This document shows, one piece after another, positions 38,204 through 52,389 of a stretch of DNA of 64,000 bases. The notes beneath the pieces were generated by a model. It did no database searches and was not told the origin of the DNA. It saw nothing but the letters and a program-made list of their open reading frames with translations. This stretch comes from Xylographa opegraphella (taxonomy: Eukaryota). A program made the position numbers and the translations under genes. How positions within the stretch are numbered: the first letter of the stretch is position 1; every line of letters starts with the position of its first letter. The stretch lies in NCBI GenBank assembly GCA_022813865.1, contig JALDZX010000010.1:186001-250000 (forward strand), given 5' to 3'.

Positions 38204-39547
38204 AGCGGCGGTACCTGAGTCAGCGGACGGTCACGTGTAGGCTTGGGTTGGGGGATGCTATATATATATATATATCACAAAAAATCCCCCCCGCAAAATC
38301 CTGCAAATCACGCACCACATCACACGCCCCTTCGCCGTCCGTGAGATCTCTCTTGCCCGTTCCCTCCCTACCCGTACGAGACGCGCCTTGCAGTTAACGG
38401 CAGCCGCTTTGCAGTTAACAGCTACCCGCTTGCGTATGGATTACTCAATAGCTCCCTTCCCCGCCAAAGCGGCGTTCCCGGAAATCCTCCCTCCCGTCCA
38501 CCATCTCGAAATTTTCCGCCCTTGCGTTTGCCGGTCATGTTTTTGCGGAGCCGAGCGTGCCAAGACGGAGTGCCGCTTTGGGTGACGAAGGGGGGGGGCG
38601 AAACGTAAGAGAAATCGGGAGGGCCAGTCGCTGCGGGCACGGTGCGCTGCGCTGCGCTTGGTGGAGACGGGGCCTGACTTGGTAGAGCTATTTCGAGAGG
38701 CTGGAGGGGGAGAGGTTTTCTGGGGGTAATGGATGGGTAATGATGGAATTGTCGGTGAAGAGGGGGCTCTTCTTAGGGAGTGGTGGCTTCGTTCGAAAGG
38801 GACGCCTTGGCTTGGGGTTGGTGGTGATCGCGTGAGTACCCTTCCAGAATGGCTGACTTGCTTGGGGGGAAATATGGCTTCGAGTCTGGCTCGTCAGCCG
38901 GGGAAGTTTTGGCTGAATGGGAAGTAGTGTTCTGGTCATCTCGCCCTTGGTAATGATGAATGATTCTTATGGCTTTTCTTCATCTATTCACGTCTTCGAC
39001 GACTTCTCTGCCATCAACAGTCTATATACAATATTCAGATCATTTGCTGTCTCTTGTGTATGGGGGCCCGCTTGGGCCTGTTCATATTGAATGACCCATC
39101 CATGTGAATTGCAGATCTCCTCTTTTTGCTATATATGATTTATGGAAAATGTGACGCCGTACCCCAAAGCCTCACAATAATCGGTTACCTTTTCAATTTG
39201 AACATCAGTCATTTGTTACCAAGTTCCCAATAATTCTCTGGTAATCCAGTTCAAATATTCAAACCCTCCTCCAGTTGTTCACCGCTCGCGGCTCTTCCAC
39301 AGCCTTTCAACCACCTTCAAGCATTAAATTTCACATGCAGAAATTTCCCCGTGAAACCTTATACTTCGATTTTCCGTGAATTGCACACTTTTTAGTAGTA
39401 TGCTGAGAATCTTAAGTACCAAGATTACGTATGCTGCGAGGTCCATCTCTGCTTAAATATGAGTCCTGTACCTACCTTCCTTATTACTTCTCCTGTTCGG
39501 CGTAAATCCATTTCTCCCTACACGAAAAACAGGAAAGATTTTTCAAA

Positions 39548-40867
39548 ATGTCATCCACCAGCCCCCATATCCCAGAAGCTTCCGCTCCGCAACATGAAGT
39601 GCAAGACGCGCCGTTCTGGACTGAGGATCCGCCCTCGTACGACACTTTCAAGAGCGAGGTTGAGAGCTTGCTATCTGGGGATTCTGCAAAGGTAGCTGCC
39701 AATCTACATTCCTCTAAATTTCCCTCTTTCGTCTGTATTGGGGTAGATACTACGCGGTTCTTCTAACCCCGCTGTATTAACGGATAGTTACTTGGGCTTC
39801 CACTATCAGCATTAGTTCACTATTCTCACGAAGATAGTCCATAACACTGGAAGCTGCAAGCTACATGAACTATACTTCGCACCTGTAATTTCATTATCAT
39901 ATCAGAGCAATGTGGAACTGCTTCCTTCCTTCCGCTCTCTCCGCCCCTTCCATACTGAGATATCAAGGAAAGCTTACTGTGTTTTATGACAGGCACGAAG
40001 CGGTCACCGAAGACAAACGGCAGGAGTGATGGCTTCCATTCGTTCCTTCCGAGAGAGCATCCAAATGCAAGTCATATTTATTTTGCTCTCAACATGTTGC
40101 CCTCCTGCAGACCTCCAGTCGTGCATGAATCACCAACACCAAGAACTCATACCCCAATCCATACCTCAAATCCACACCCAAATCCACAATGCCATTGACG
40201 GATTCAGAAGCCACCTCGGGCGGTTTCTACGTCGGTGTGGTTGGTCTGGTGCTCGCCGCTGTCGAGTTCCTCATTGTCTGGGGCCGCCGTGGTTACGGTC
40301 TTCTGGCGTACGTAACATCGTGATCGCCCATGGCGGAGGGTGCCATATACATGAATAACAGTGGGAACAATCGTTTCGAATTGCATATGCTAATATATAC
40401 TTTTGGAAACATTTAGTCGTTGTGGATGGGCGAGGCCCTCCTATATACCTCCTACGGAAGCCGAGTACAATGGTCTGCAGGGGGATCTTCAGGAGGCGCA
40501 GGATCGCGCTGAGAACGCGGAGGACCGCCTCATTACTGCGGAGGCCAGCCTCACAATTGCATAGGCCCGCCTCACGACTGGAGAGGCCAGCCTCACAGTT
40601 GCAGAGGCCCGCCTCACAACTGCGGAGGCGGGCCTCACAACTGCAGAGGCCTGCCTCACGGCTGCGGAGGACCTCCTGGGAGCAGAACGTCAAGCGCACC
40701 AAACCACGGTGCACGAGCTGGCCGAAACTCATCGCAATGAGCTTGCGAAGCTGCAGAACGACCGCATGGTCGAAGCAGAAGCCAGATACAGGGCTTCAGA
40801 AGCCAGGAACAGGGAGGAACGGGCGGAAAGGATGCTCCTGCTTCGCTTGGTGCGACGGCGCCGCTAG
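39548..40867 (+). pseudogene. Multi-exon coiled-coil protein gene with 21-bp tandem repeat and an in-frame TAG
   Basis: Last exon reads AEDRLITAEASLTIA*ARLTTGEASLTVAEARLTTAEAGLTTAEACLTAAED..LVRRRR*. Upstream exons (e.g. MSSTSPH..DSAK|GT) are tentative. Confidence 0.45.
40517..40676 (+). repeat. 21-bp minisatellite, ~7 copies
   Basis: Unit approximately GCGGAGGCCCGCCTCACAACT. Confidence 0.85.
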
Positions 40868-41106
40868 GGGTTGTGGCGGCTTGATCGTATGTAAGGGCAG
40901 GGTGATACCGCCGTATAGAGATATCCACACTTCATTTGTATTATTATGCAAGGTATGTGCGACGAGTAAGCGATAGAACGAGGCTCGGAAGAGTTCAATA
41001 TATGATTATGATATGAAAGTCCCATTTGCCATGTGATCTGAGACGATCCTAACAGATGCAAAAGGCTGACAATGCACAGATCTGCCATTGTATGATAGCT
41101 GGTACG

Positions 41107-42063
41107 TTAGAGCTTTTCAAAGGTCGGCTTCCGCTTCTTCACACCCGCCTGCATTGCCACCGGCACATCACGCGATTGTAGAGCGGCGCCATTCCAGATC
41201 TGGGTGTATCGAAGACCTGAAGGACATCAGTCCAGACAAGCCAACAATCAAAGGAGCCACTTACCATCATGTACGGAGTGGTCGCGGGACCAGTTCAATA
41301 ATTCCTTAGTACCTTGTACAGCCACTGGACTCTTGCTTGCAACCATAGACGCCCACCTGACTCCTTCCTCGACAGCCTTGGCCTTACCAGGATACACTGC
41401 ACTCACTAAGCCCACCCGGAGAGCCTCCTCCGCGCCGAATACTCGAGCAGTGAGGCAAACGTCTTTGACCCAGCTGTAATGACCGACAACTTTGGGTAAC
41501 CTGCTCAACGTTCCTACATCTGCAGCAAGTCCAATGTCTACCTCCTTGACAGAGAGTCGAGTATCGTCAGAACAGATTCTTACGTCGGCGCAGATCAGCA
41601 TATCGACTCCAAGGCCATAAGTATATCCGTGCAAAACACAAATTACTGGCTTTTCACATCGCTCGATAGCTGTGATGCAATCCTGAAATTCCAGCAGTTG
41701 GCGACGAAGCAGCGTCGCAGCGCGCGCTGGGTCAAGAGTTGAATGTTCAGTGTTGGTAGCAAGGGCCCCAGATTGAGTTGCAGCGTGTACATCCAGACCG
41801 GCGGTAAAGGCTTTGGCGCCTGCACCACTAAAAACAATTGCTCGAACCGAGGGAGAAACGGAGAGTATTTCGAACACTTCACGAAGCTCAAGCCACATGC
41901 TGCTCAATGTTAGTGCCAACCTCAGGACAATAGCCGCTTCAGCATACGCTTGAAAGAAGGAATTCAGCTTATCGGGCCGGTTGATTTCGACATGAGCAAC
42001 GTATTCCGCTGGAGAAGAGACATTGAAGTACTGCAACTCCGGTAGCTCCAAGGTTGGTGCCAT
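41107..42063 (-). CDS. Delta(3,5)-delta(2,4)-dienoyl-CoA isomerase (crotonase family, ECH1-like)
   Basis: VEINRPDKLN, AFTAGLD, ERCEKPVI, VKEVDIGLAADVGTLSRLPK, KSPVAVQGTK. In-frame 48-nt intron 41900-41947 and a second intron near 41217-41264. C-terminus KRKPTFEKL*. Confidence 0.92.
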
Positions 42064-42396
42064 AGCGGGTGCGAGGCAGCTTGTCGAGCTTTATCGTTCG
42101 CGGATGCAGACACACTTGGGGCACTGTAACCAGGTGCGGGCTTCCAGAAAGCACTTACTGGTGACGATAGTAGATAGCAGACGCAGAGTCGACCAGGAAC
42201 CGCGACAAATTGTTGTGAACAAACGAAAAGAAGATGTGGCAGATCTGAGATGTGCCTCGGTTCCCCGGGATCTTAAAGTCGTGGCTTGTGCTTACCTCAC
42301 TCAGGAATTCCACTAAGACCAACGAAATAGCAAAAATTAAAAGGTACAATCGATGGTGAGTGCCCGCAGGCCAGAAAAGAAAATATGTGCTTGAGC

Positions 42397-42752
42397 TTAG
42401 TCAGAGCCGGAGAATTCGGGCATCGTTTGAGTATTGGCCAGTTCCTGCATACATAGATCAGCACTACAAATATAGGGAACGACTCAGCAGCATGATCCTA
42501 CCTCTTCCAGCCTGGCTTTTAGACTGGACAGCTGGTTCTCCTTGACGACTAGTGTTTGGTCATCCAGATCTTCGATAATGTAATCGTGTTTGTCTTGATC
42601 AATCTTTAGGATGATCGCCTTGATAGAAGGATCGCATTCTACTAAGACTCCTAGACTTGGTACATCAGTCATCAGAGAACTCTTTCTATGCGAAAATTGC
42701 CAGACGATAGGGCATGAGATTTCATGTACGCACCTTTAATAGCTTTCGGCAT
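42397..42752 (-). CDS. TFB5: TFIIH subunit Tfb5/TTDA
   Basis: MPKAIKG|VLVECDPSIKAIILKID..YIIEDLDDQTLVVKE..LKARLEE|ELANTQ..*; two introns. Confidence 0.92.
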
Positions 42753-43048
42753 GACTGACCTTATGCATTTGCTTTCTCGACTTTGGGAGCAGTGCTTTGG
42801 GAGCGTCTAGCGTGTCGAACTACGGCCCTCGGACCCAACTTCATCCTAGCGTGAGGTTCATCCGGGGCACTACCGGAATATGTCTCGCAAGTACTCCGCG
42901 ATGACGCGAATCACCCTTCTCACGACCTGCTCGCTGTGGAACCATCAAAGAATATCTACAATGAACTTAGCGTCCAAGGTTCGACGGCCATAGATCTATC
43001 TGTATATTCTCAAAGATTACTGTACGGACAGAGCAAGGTTCTACAGCG

Positions 43049-43813
43049 ATGACCATGATTCGCCTTACCAGTCCCACCGGCACCCTCGTTCGCATCCTCT
43101 TCCTCCTCATCGCCACATGTCAAGCTCAACAAACTTTTGGCAATGCTCCTCCATCCTTCGCCACAGACATACCTTCTCCTCCAGGTGGTGGGGCTCCATC
43201 ATCCCCAACTGGTTATCCTGAATCAGCCGGTGGCACTCCGGGCTTTGCCAATTACTATTTTGTCCTGATCGGAATATTGGCCGTCCTGATCGTGATTGCA
43301 TGGCTAGTTGCGAGGCGGACAAGAAGACGAAACATGGCACGTAGAGGTGTACGACCAGACGGCACAACAGGTAGCGAAGGACAGACTTGGGCTGGACGGC
43401 ATTGGAGAATGGCAGCGGTGAGAGAATCACGACGGGAGGAGGGCTTGGACGAGAGGGGTGAAGCACCTCCGCCGTACATTCCCGGGGAGCCTGCACCAGT
43501 TCATGATGTCGCGGGTGATGGTCACAATGGGATAGCACTGCAGGATTATCATGGCAAGCCACCTGACTACGATGCTCATGGCTCTTCGGATGAGGACCTT
43601 GATCTCACGAGACCTCCGCCCACGCATCCTCCAAATGGTCAACATCAACATAATTGGACGAGACACTTACTGGGTAGGACTGATAGTTCGGAGCCTAGGA
43701 CTCTTCCAACTATCGCAGGAACCGGTAGAGGAGATCTTGAAGCTGGAGATACCGCTGGGGAGCCATCGGCACGACGAGCTTCAAGCGAGGTACATGACGG
43801 CGTGATCAGGTAG
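43049..43813 (+). CDS. Single-pass membrane protein with signal peptide and PY motifs
   Basis: Hydrophobic N-terminus, TM YYFVLIGILAVLIVIAWLV followed by RRTRRR, then EGLDERGEAPPPY and KPPDY. Confidence 0.85.
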   Translation: MTMIRLTSPTGTLVRILFLLIATCQAQQTFGNAPPSFATDIPSPPGGGAPSSPTGYPESAGGTPGFANYYFVLIGILAVLIVIAWLVARRTRRRNMARRGVRPDGTTGSEGQTWAGRHWRMAAVRESRREEGLDERGEAPPPYIPGEPAPVHDVAGDGHNGIALQDYHGKPPDYDAHGSSDEDLDLTRPPPTHPPNGQHQHNWTRHLLGRTDSSEPRTLPTIAGTGRGDLEAGDTAGEPSARRASSEVHDGVIR

Positions 43814-43827
43814 AAGAAAAACTATAG

Positions 43828-43862
43828 CAAGAACACGAAGCAAGAACACGAAGCAAGAACAC
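43828..43862 (+). repeat. 13-bp tandem repeat (GCAAGAACACGAA) x ~3 in a 3' UTR
   Basis: Directly visible in the sequence. Confidence 0.8.
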
Positions 43863-44140
43863 AGTACAGTATACTTCAGCGATACGAGCGTGGCGTTTGG
43901 TCTTATATGGAATCGGCAGCGTGTGTGCTTAAAGCATGGGCTACAAGGGACATCACAGCTATCTTGTCACAAAATAAGAGTTGCTTTTAATCGTTGATTT
44001 CATCCTCAGTCATTTACGTGGTCTGTGGCGAAGACCATTGCCCACAATCATCGACTCGAGCAATCATCTTTCACCCGAGAAAAGCTTTCTTCTAAATGGC
44101 ACCATACCGGCTTATGTCTTCCTGATTCTCTCCCACGTCA

Positions 44141-44565
44141 CTACTTCACGCCGAGCATGGCACCCAAGCCGCCCTTGCCACCACCAAATTGCTCCATCGC
44201 CTCATCACCCAGGCCACCTGAAATCGAATTCAGCTCATCCGTTGACATTACCGGGTTCTTCTTCAATTGATCTATCACACAAGAGATGTCAGCCTCATTC
44301 CTGATATACGCCCTGACACATCATCGCATGACCCAACACCGAACATCCACCCATGCAATTCACCTTTCAGGAAATCCCTCGCTGCGCCCTCTCCCGCTTG
44401 CTCCAGCGCCTTCTCCTCTGCCTTCGCTTTGTATTTAAAAAACCGCTTCCCTGCCCACTCCATTACGTCTTTGCCCGCATCCGTCGTCATGTACAGGGTA
44501 ACGGCCGCGCCGAAGAATAGGGCCAGAAAGAGGGTGATATAGAGAGTGATGGTTGATATTTCCAT
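44141..44565 (-). CDS. Small membrane-anchored hypothetical protein (~110 aa)
   Basis: N-terminal TM, exon 1 to ..RDFLK, intron GTGAAT..GCTGAC..TAG, exon 2 DQLKKNP..GGLGAMLGVK*. Confidence 0.7.
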
Positions 44566-45836
44566 TCTGGGGGCTTGGTCGCGTGTGCAGATTGAGGTGT
44601 TGCAGCAGTCTCCTGGCGTTGTAATTTTGTGCGAAAGTTGGAGAGAGGTCGGGGTAGGTGATTTAAGATGTGTGAGAGGGATTGGATTCTGACGGAAGGC
44701 TAGGGTGAGAGCTCAATGCTTTGATACCGGCTCAATGGGTGGGAATCTTGATTTGTAGACAAGGCGGCGTGAACGTCATGGGTGCGGGATAGACCATTGG
44801 CTCGCGGGGCATGTGGCTGGAAAGCCCGCACGCGCCACCAGGCGCTTAGGATTTCTGCAGCGTGATGCGGACTCGGAATAACGATACTGCGTATAGCTTG
44901 TACGCCTTGAAACCGTCAAGGGTTGACGTCCGGTATACGAGCAAACACCATGTCAATACTGTAGCATATTGATCATACTCGGATTGAATATGGAAGTATC
45001 GTCGTCAACAGTGGTAAGCGTCTGGTGATTGTTCGAAAAAAGACTCCCTTTGGATCATGCAGCATTACCTTAAAAATAGCTTCTGGTACGGCTGAAACTC
45101 ACGGTGCGCTGCGTATAGATGGCCATGATCGCCTTGTTCCAGAAATCGGTTGCAAGGTAGCGTAAGTATCCTTTACAACATAGACTGTGGAGAGCTGGTC
45201 TACGAGAGCCTACTATTGGTCTTTGAGCTAGCCATATTCTCCGCAGAAGCGACCTTCTCGTCTGCTGCAGAAGCATTCGGATTCTGTTTGCGTTTACAAC
45301 ATGCTCGATTTCATACCTTATCTAATGCCAAAGGGCGTGTCGCAAAGAAACCTTATTCTCTCCAGTGACCCAATATCTAGTCTAACTTATTCCTTTCCAA
45401 GAAGTACGTTATACTTTGTCTTATGGGCATAGTTGCATTATCTTTGCTTTCCCAGTCTATGTCTTATCACTGCTTCTGATTAATTCATGCGGATGACTGT
45501 TCGTTTGAATCGCTTGAATTAAGGTCCGCGAGGCTTCTCTTCTAGACTTCTTGTTCACCATCAACTTTCACTGTGGAGATGCTTCATACACCTACCACTC
45601 GTATGGTTAGCTGGATCTACCACTCGTGTTCATTAGTTGGAACCATGATAGACACATCTCTGAGCCTGAACTTTATTCTTTGCGAAGACCGCAATCGATA
45701 TATTGGGTAAAATGCGGTTCATGCTTGAGACATATATTATTGGAAAACATAAACTTGAATAGGCCTCTCATATCATACTCACAGCAGCATGTGCCCAGAC
45801 CCCGAGCGTTCTCCGGTCATCTACCATGAAACCTTC

Positions 45837-46786
45837 TCAGAAACTAAAGGTACCCAATTGCGGCAGAGTTGGAGCAGTCAGGAATCGAGAATGTCTCATG
45901 ACGTTCCTAACGATTCCTCCGGCTCCAAACTCATCTGCAAGCACCTCACCAGGCTCTCCGTCTGGGTGCAATATCATATCCTGGCAGGTTAGGCGGAAGC
46001 GATTCAGTTGCGTGAACCCACAGGATATAAAACGCGCCATAGACGTTGTAGGCTGAAAGGTACCTAAACAGGTTTCCTCGTATTCTGCGACATCGAGGCC
46101 CCACTGAAGAAGCGCGTCCGAAGAATCTTCGAAGAGCGGATCGACAAAGAGGTCGTGAAGAAACCAACATTCCATGAATCGACCTGATGAGAAATGTTTG
46201 AGGAACTGTATCTGTTCCATTCTTGCTGTTTCTGTGAAACGCTGCAGACCAGAATTACCGTGGATTGGTGGCATCGTTCTGAATTGTTGAAGAGGCCCAA
46301 GGATCGCTTTCTCTGAACCCATTTCAGTGTTGGTCAAGATCAGGACATTCAAGTCGGCTGACCTTCGTCACCTGATACAGTCGGTGGTCTAAATTGCGTT
46401 TTCCAGTGAACTGCCCTACTAGAGCTTCCAAAGCGTTTCCATACAGCAAACCCGGCAACAAGTTTACCTGGCGGGTCGCTCACGAGAGTGACAGCGCGAG
46501 GGTTTTCATTGAGAAGCTCAATCTCAGCTACTACTACAACTCTGCCGGGGTGTCCCTCCTGTAAATCCTCGTTCTGTATCCACGTTGACAGCTCCTGTTT
46601 GGATTGTCATGAGGCTCGAATAGCACAAAAGACATGGAACCGACTCACGACTGCAGTCATTCCTCTTACATGTTCTGGAGATTTGTCCGCCCAAATCCAA
46701 TCCCGGCGTGTACACCCGCCAGCGGAATGAATGATCTCCTCGAGACGCATGGTGTCTCTAAGGTTGGCATATCGAACATTATACAT
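45837..46786 (-). CDS. Divergent GNAT-family N-acetyltransferase
   Basis: Spliced MYNVRYANLRD.., VVVVAE..VAGFAVWKRFG, WFLHDLFVDP..ALLQWGLDVAE..FISCGF. The acetyl-CoA loop looks degenerate. Confidence 0.6.
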
Positions 46787-47906
46787 CGGGAGTAAGCGAA
46801 ATCGATATAGAGATTGATAGTCAGGGAATGTAAACGAATGTGTAATGACTTCCAGTAAGCTATAGAAGTTGAAAATGCTGGTTGTTTAAGACTACATAGT
46901 TTCGATTGTAATAAGAATAGAGACAAAAGGTCTATACCAATTGCTGCTACATATGGAAGGCACCACCGTTATGGAAATCGCCCCCTCTACACATAGCACT
47001 TTTTCGACAATGAGTAGCTTTTTCTGTAGAGACCGAGGCTGCAACACCGTGCTGTAATGTAAAAAACAATCCAAATCCGCGTAATATAACTTTACCAAAG
47101 TTGCATTGTTATACATCTCGACGAAGAGCTTCCTCTCTACTCCTAGTCCAGTGCATCCATTCGTACCGCTTGTCCTTATTCTGGACGTATGTGCACTGTC
47201 TTCCCTTTGCAGCTCCCTCTACTAGGTGCTAGAAAGCGGGCCAATCGGTGCGTTGTGGTACGCCTTGCAAGGAGGTCAGGATAGGGGTTTGCGGGATATC
47301 CTATGGACCGGACCGTCGCTTATCCTATCCTTGACAATAGCAGCTTCGTCAGCTATCATCCACGCCTCGTCGGACAAAATTACGGGAAGATCTCACGGCC
47401 AATGAGGAGGTTTAGTGAGAAAGGCGGCCAAGGTTTCAAGTGCGGCCGCATATCAGGCCACGACCAACCGTTGCGCTCTGCTTCACCTGAGCCGGCGAAT
47501 CAGCTTGTCGCTTCCCAATCGGGGCTAATCTCCCCACCCCAGTTTACGACCACAAAAACAGACCCCTCACCGCCAGCTCTTGACGACGCAATCTCACAGC
47601 ATCTTACTCCTGACTTCTTCTCGCGCTCAAGGGCTGACCTTGGCGTCTCAGCTACGGGATTAGAAAGGCAGGACCTCATCTAGGGCTCTTCAGATTTCAA
47701 AGACACTCGCTGCAATCGTCCCTGAACATCCTGTTGATCAGGAACCTCGACATCGTACCCCACACAGCGCTTATCGCCAACGCAGACCACCCACTTCGAT
47801 CCCAGCAACGCCCTCCGTATATCAGGGACTGGTTTTGCCTTACAGCTGACAGCAAGCATAAAACCAAGTTTCATTATCATTGAAAAGAAAGCAGGACGGT
47901 ACCAGG

Positions 47907-49478
<1,572 letters not shown>

Positions 49479-50352
49479 TGAGATCCGGTGCGAGGAAAGG
49501 TGGGAGACATCTAGGGGGATATTGGTCACTATAGGTCTGTGATCCTAGGCAACGGGCCCGTGACGGGGCTTTGGGGGTTTTATTCGTATGCGGCAATACC
49601 ACTACTTTTTTTCGGTTGCGGATAGATGATATGGTGCACGTGAGATAGAATGGACCACTGGAACGTCGGAGCTGTTGAAATGTGTTTGGGCGTGAGAGGA
49701 CTAGGTATCTTTAAGGTATGCCACCATAGCCATCGCCCCCCGCCTCGAAGAGTAACAGCTTCGCACGCCTCCTCCCTTCAATCCATTCGATCCCTATTCC
49801 AAATATCATCCAAGCTTATTATATAGTAGACTACAGAAAGTGAAAGGCTAAACACGGTAGCACACCGCTCTCTGCCACTATAATCACGATTCCTAGAATC
49901 TGAATAATCTTCTACCCTAAAGCGCTTGTCACATGACGAGCGAAGACCAAATACCCTGGCTCCTTTGGTTGCATAGACTCTGGGGAAGACTCGGAGCAGC
50001 AATGGGTAGTCGCTATGCCGGATACAGATTAGTGTTCACCCGCTTGATCACAGGGCGCACTCTGGTAGGGCGCATTCAACATTTAATTGGCCGGAAAGAT
50101 GGACAGGAGATCCATTTGGTTGGAAGATCTCTCCACATGGGAGGTATCTAATGGAGCGTGACAGCTTCCTCTTGTTCCTTCCTCGACCCTTTCCTCTGGT
50201 GTCATGCTTTTAATGCAATGCTTCTGTCTTCGTTGAGAAAACAAAAGATGGAATATACGCTTCTGCTCTCATGTATCTGATTATTACAGTAGCGTTGAGC
50301 TATATCGTTATCAGAGGCCAACCGCCTACACGCTTGCAGGATATCTATCAAG

Positions 50353-52389
50353 ATGGATGATTTGTTTTGCTTCGATAGCTTTCCGACAGATGTGGAGTTG
50401 TCGAATGAACTACTTTTTCAACTCGACAGCGATCTCATGGTGGCGGATCCAGGAACCACTGAAAGACTATTCCCACATCTCACATCGAAAGACCGGCAAA
50501 CTTATTGCCCGTATGGTGTCGTCAAAGACATGGCTGGAGATGATGGGTATCATGCTGATTATTCATATCTTCAACAGCATGGATTCGAATGGGAGGGCAT
50601 GGCTGACCACCATCTCAATGTTGACTGGACGATTCCGGAGTCTAAAAGTTACAGAATGTCGAGCAAGGCTACACGGTCACCTACGGAAAACGTCGAAACA
50701 AGGCGACCGTCACGAGAAGTGCTAACACCAACTGCTGACACCTCAAGTGATGTAGAGAAGGGTGCCCGGCTTTCGCAGGACTCGGTTACCATTCTCCGGA
50801 ATTGGTGGTTAGCCCATCAGCATCAACCGTGTCCTTCCAAGGAGCAACAAGAACGTCTTAGACTCGACACTGGCCTAAGTGATAAGTAAATCAAGAATTG
50901 GTTTGCGAATACCAGGCGAAGGACTAAGTTTCGAAATTCGAAATCCACCTCCCATTGTCCAGATCTCTCATCGCGGATCCAAGTCAATCGTCCCCCAACG
51001 CCGGTAATTCAAGCGATGAATCCGCTCGAACGCTGGCGCCATTCCCCTCCCGAGAATGAAGCTGTGTCAGTAAGCGCTCTGGCTAAAGCTATCACTTCTG
51101 CCAAAAGCTTGCTTGAGAACGAATGCTCCTGCGGTCTTACTTGCCCCAATGCTAGCTCCGAAGTGCAGCCCCTTTCCCTGTATTCGGCCTCATCGATGAG
51201 TAGCTTTGGTGGATTTCAGTCTAGTGATGAGTCGTCCAGTTCTGTGTTCTCACCACAGTTTGAAGGCCTCTCGCAATTCGCTGGGCTTCGCAAGAAGGGG
51301 ATAAGACGCCGGTGCCGACGGATAGGTCAAACAAGTTTAGAAAATGCTTCTCCTACCACGCCGCAAAAGTACCAGTGTACATTCTGCACAGAGACTTTTA
51401 AGCGGAGGCACGATTGGCAAAGACACGAGAAATCCCTACACTTGTCCCCAGAACGCTGGATATGCGCCCCTACAGGCCCGACCTACTTGTGTCCAAGGAC
51501 TAACGTTACGTTATGTGCGTATTGTGGTTGTAGGAACGCAGATCAAGCCCACTTGGACACACATGATATATCGAGGTGTAATGTGCGACCTTTGGAAGAG
51601 CGGACGTTTTATTGAAAGGATCATCTACGACAACATCTAAAGCTACGGCATAACATCACGATCCACGACCACTTATTTGATTCTTGGAGGATTGAGACAA
51701 AAGCACTCAAATCCCGCTGTGGGTTTTGCGACACAGTATTGACATGCTGGGCGAGCAGGGCCAATCACATAGCGTCTCATTTCAAGGCTGGCCGGGACAT
51801 GGCTGACTGGAAGGGTGACTGGGGATTTGAGCCTCACGTACTGGAGCATGTTGAGAACGGAATGCCGCCACGTGAGCAGCTCATTCACTCCATCTCAGTG
51901 ACTGCTCGGTGCTGACATTCGCAGCAGATCTCATTCATAACGGACCGCAGCACACCACTCCCATATCGGGCATCGCAGGAGAATCCCCAGCCATGGCGGA
52001 CAAGCAAGCACCACGATTCCCTGTGCATCGCACCCTCCTCTACCGCTCCTTCCACTACCCCTCCCGACGTCGACCCACAACAACTTTCTCGCCACAACGA
52101 GCCATCACCCCCCACCCCGCCCCTCGCTTTCGACCACACCATACCCACATCTCAGCGGCATTCTCCCAGCGACGAGGAGGACCCCTTCCAGCGCCTAGCG
52201 CACCGACTGTCCCGCTTCGTAGCCTCCTGCCTGTCGCCTAACAACCCGATGCAGCACGTCCCCACGGACGCTGAGATCCAGAACCAGGCCCGGTGGATCG
52301 TCTTCGACGACGACGACCCATGCGGCCGCACGGCTGCCGACCGAGCGAAATGGTTGGCGGAGTTCAAGCTCCGCGCGGGATTGTGGTGA
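50353..52389 (+). pseudogene. Homeobox (TALE/KN-like) plus C2H2 zinc-finger transcription factor pseudogene
   Basis: LSDK*IKNWFANTRRR (TAA 50887-50889), YQCTFC..WQRHEKSLH, TFY*KDHLRQHL (TGA 51613-51615), SRCGFC..WKGDWG, a 1-nt frameshift near 51940, and C-terminal PTDAEIQNQARWIVFDDDDP. Confidence 0.85.

Larger units (their letters stand above)
27694..38258 (-). mobile_element. Degenerate Starship-like element (~10.6 kb) inserted in a (TA)n tract
   Basis: (TA)n at 27671-27693 and 38259-38275, GGGAGC repeat arrays near both ends, and a tyrosine recombinase relic as first gene from the right end. Contains cargo genes and TE debris. Confidence 0.7.

Noticed and set aside
40517..40676. CRISPR-like array
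   Set aside because: Contiguous tandem repeats without unique spacers, in a eukaryotic genome.
40271..40976. ORF-track 153-aa (minus) and 184-aa (plus) repeat ORFs
   Set aside because: Shadow frames of the 21-bp minisatellite; the third frame gives a more plausible coiled coil.
50887..51615. Programmed readthrough, RNA editing or an alternative genetic code for the homeobox gene stops
   Set aside because: An additional frameshift is present, the expected residues are Q and R, and other genes use TAA and TGA as normal stops.
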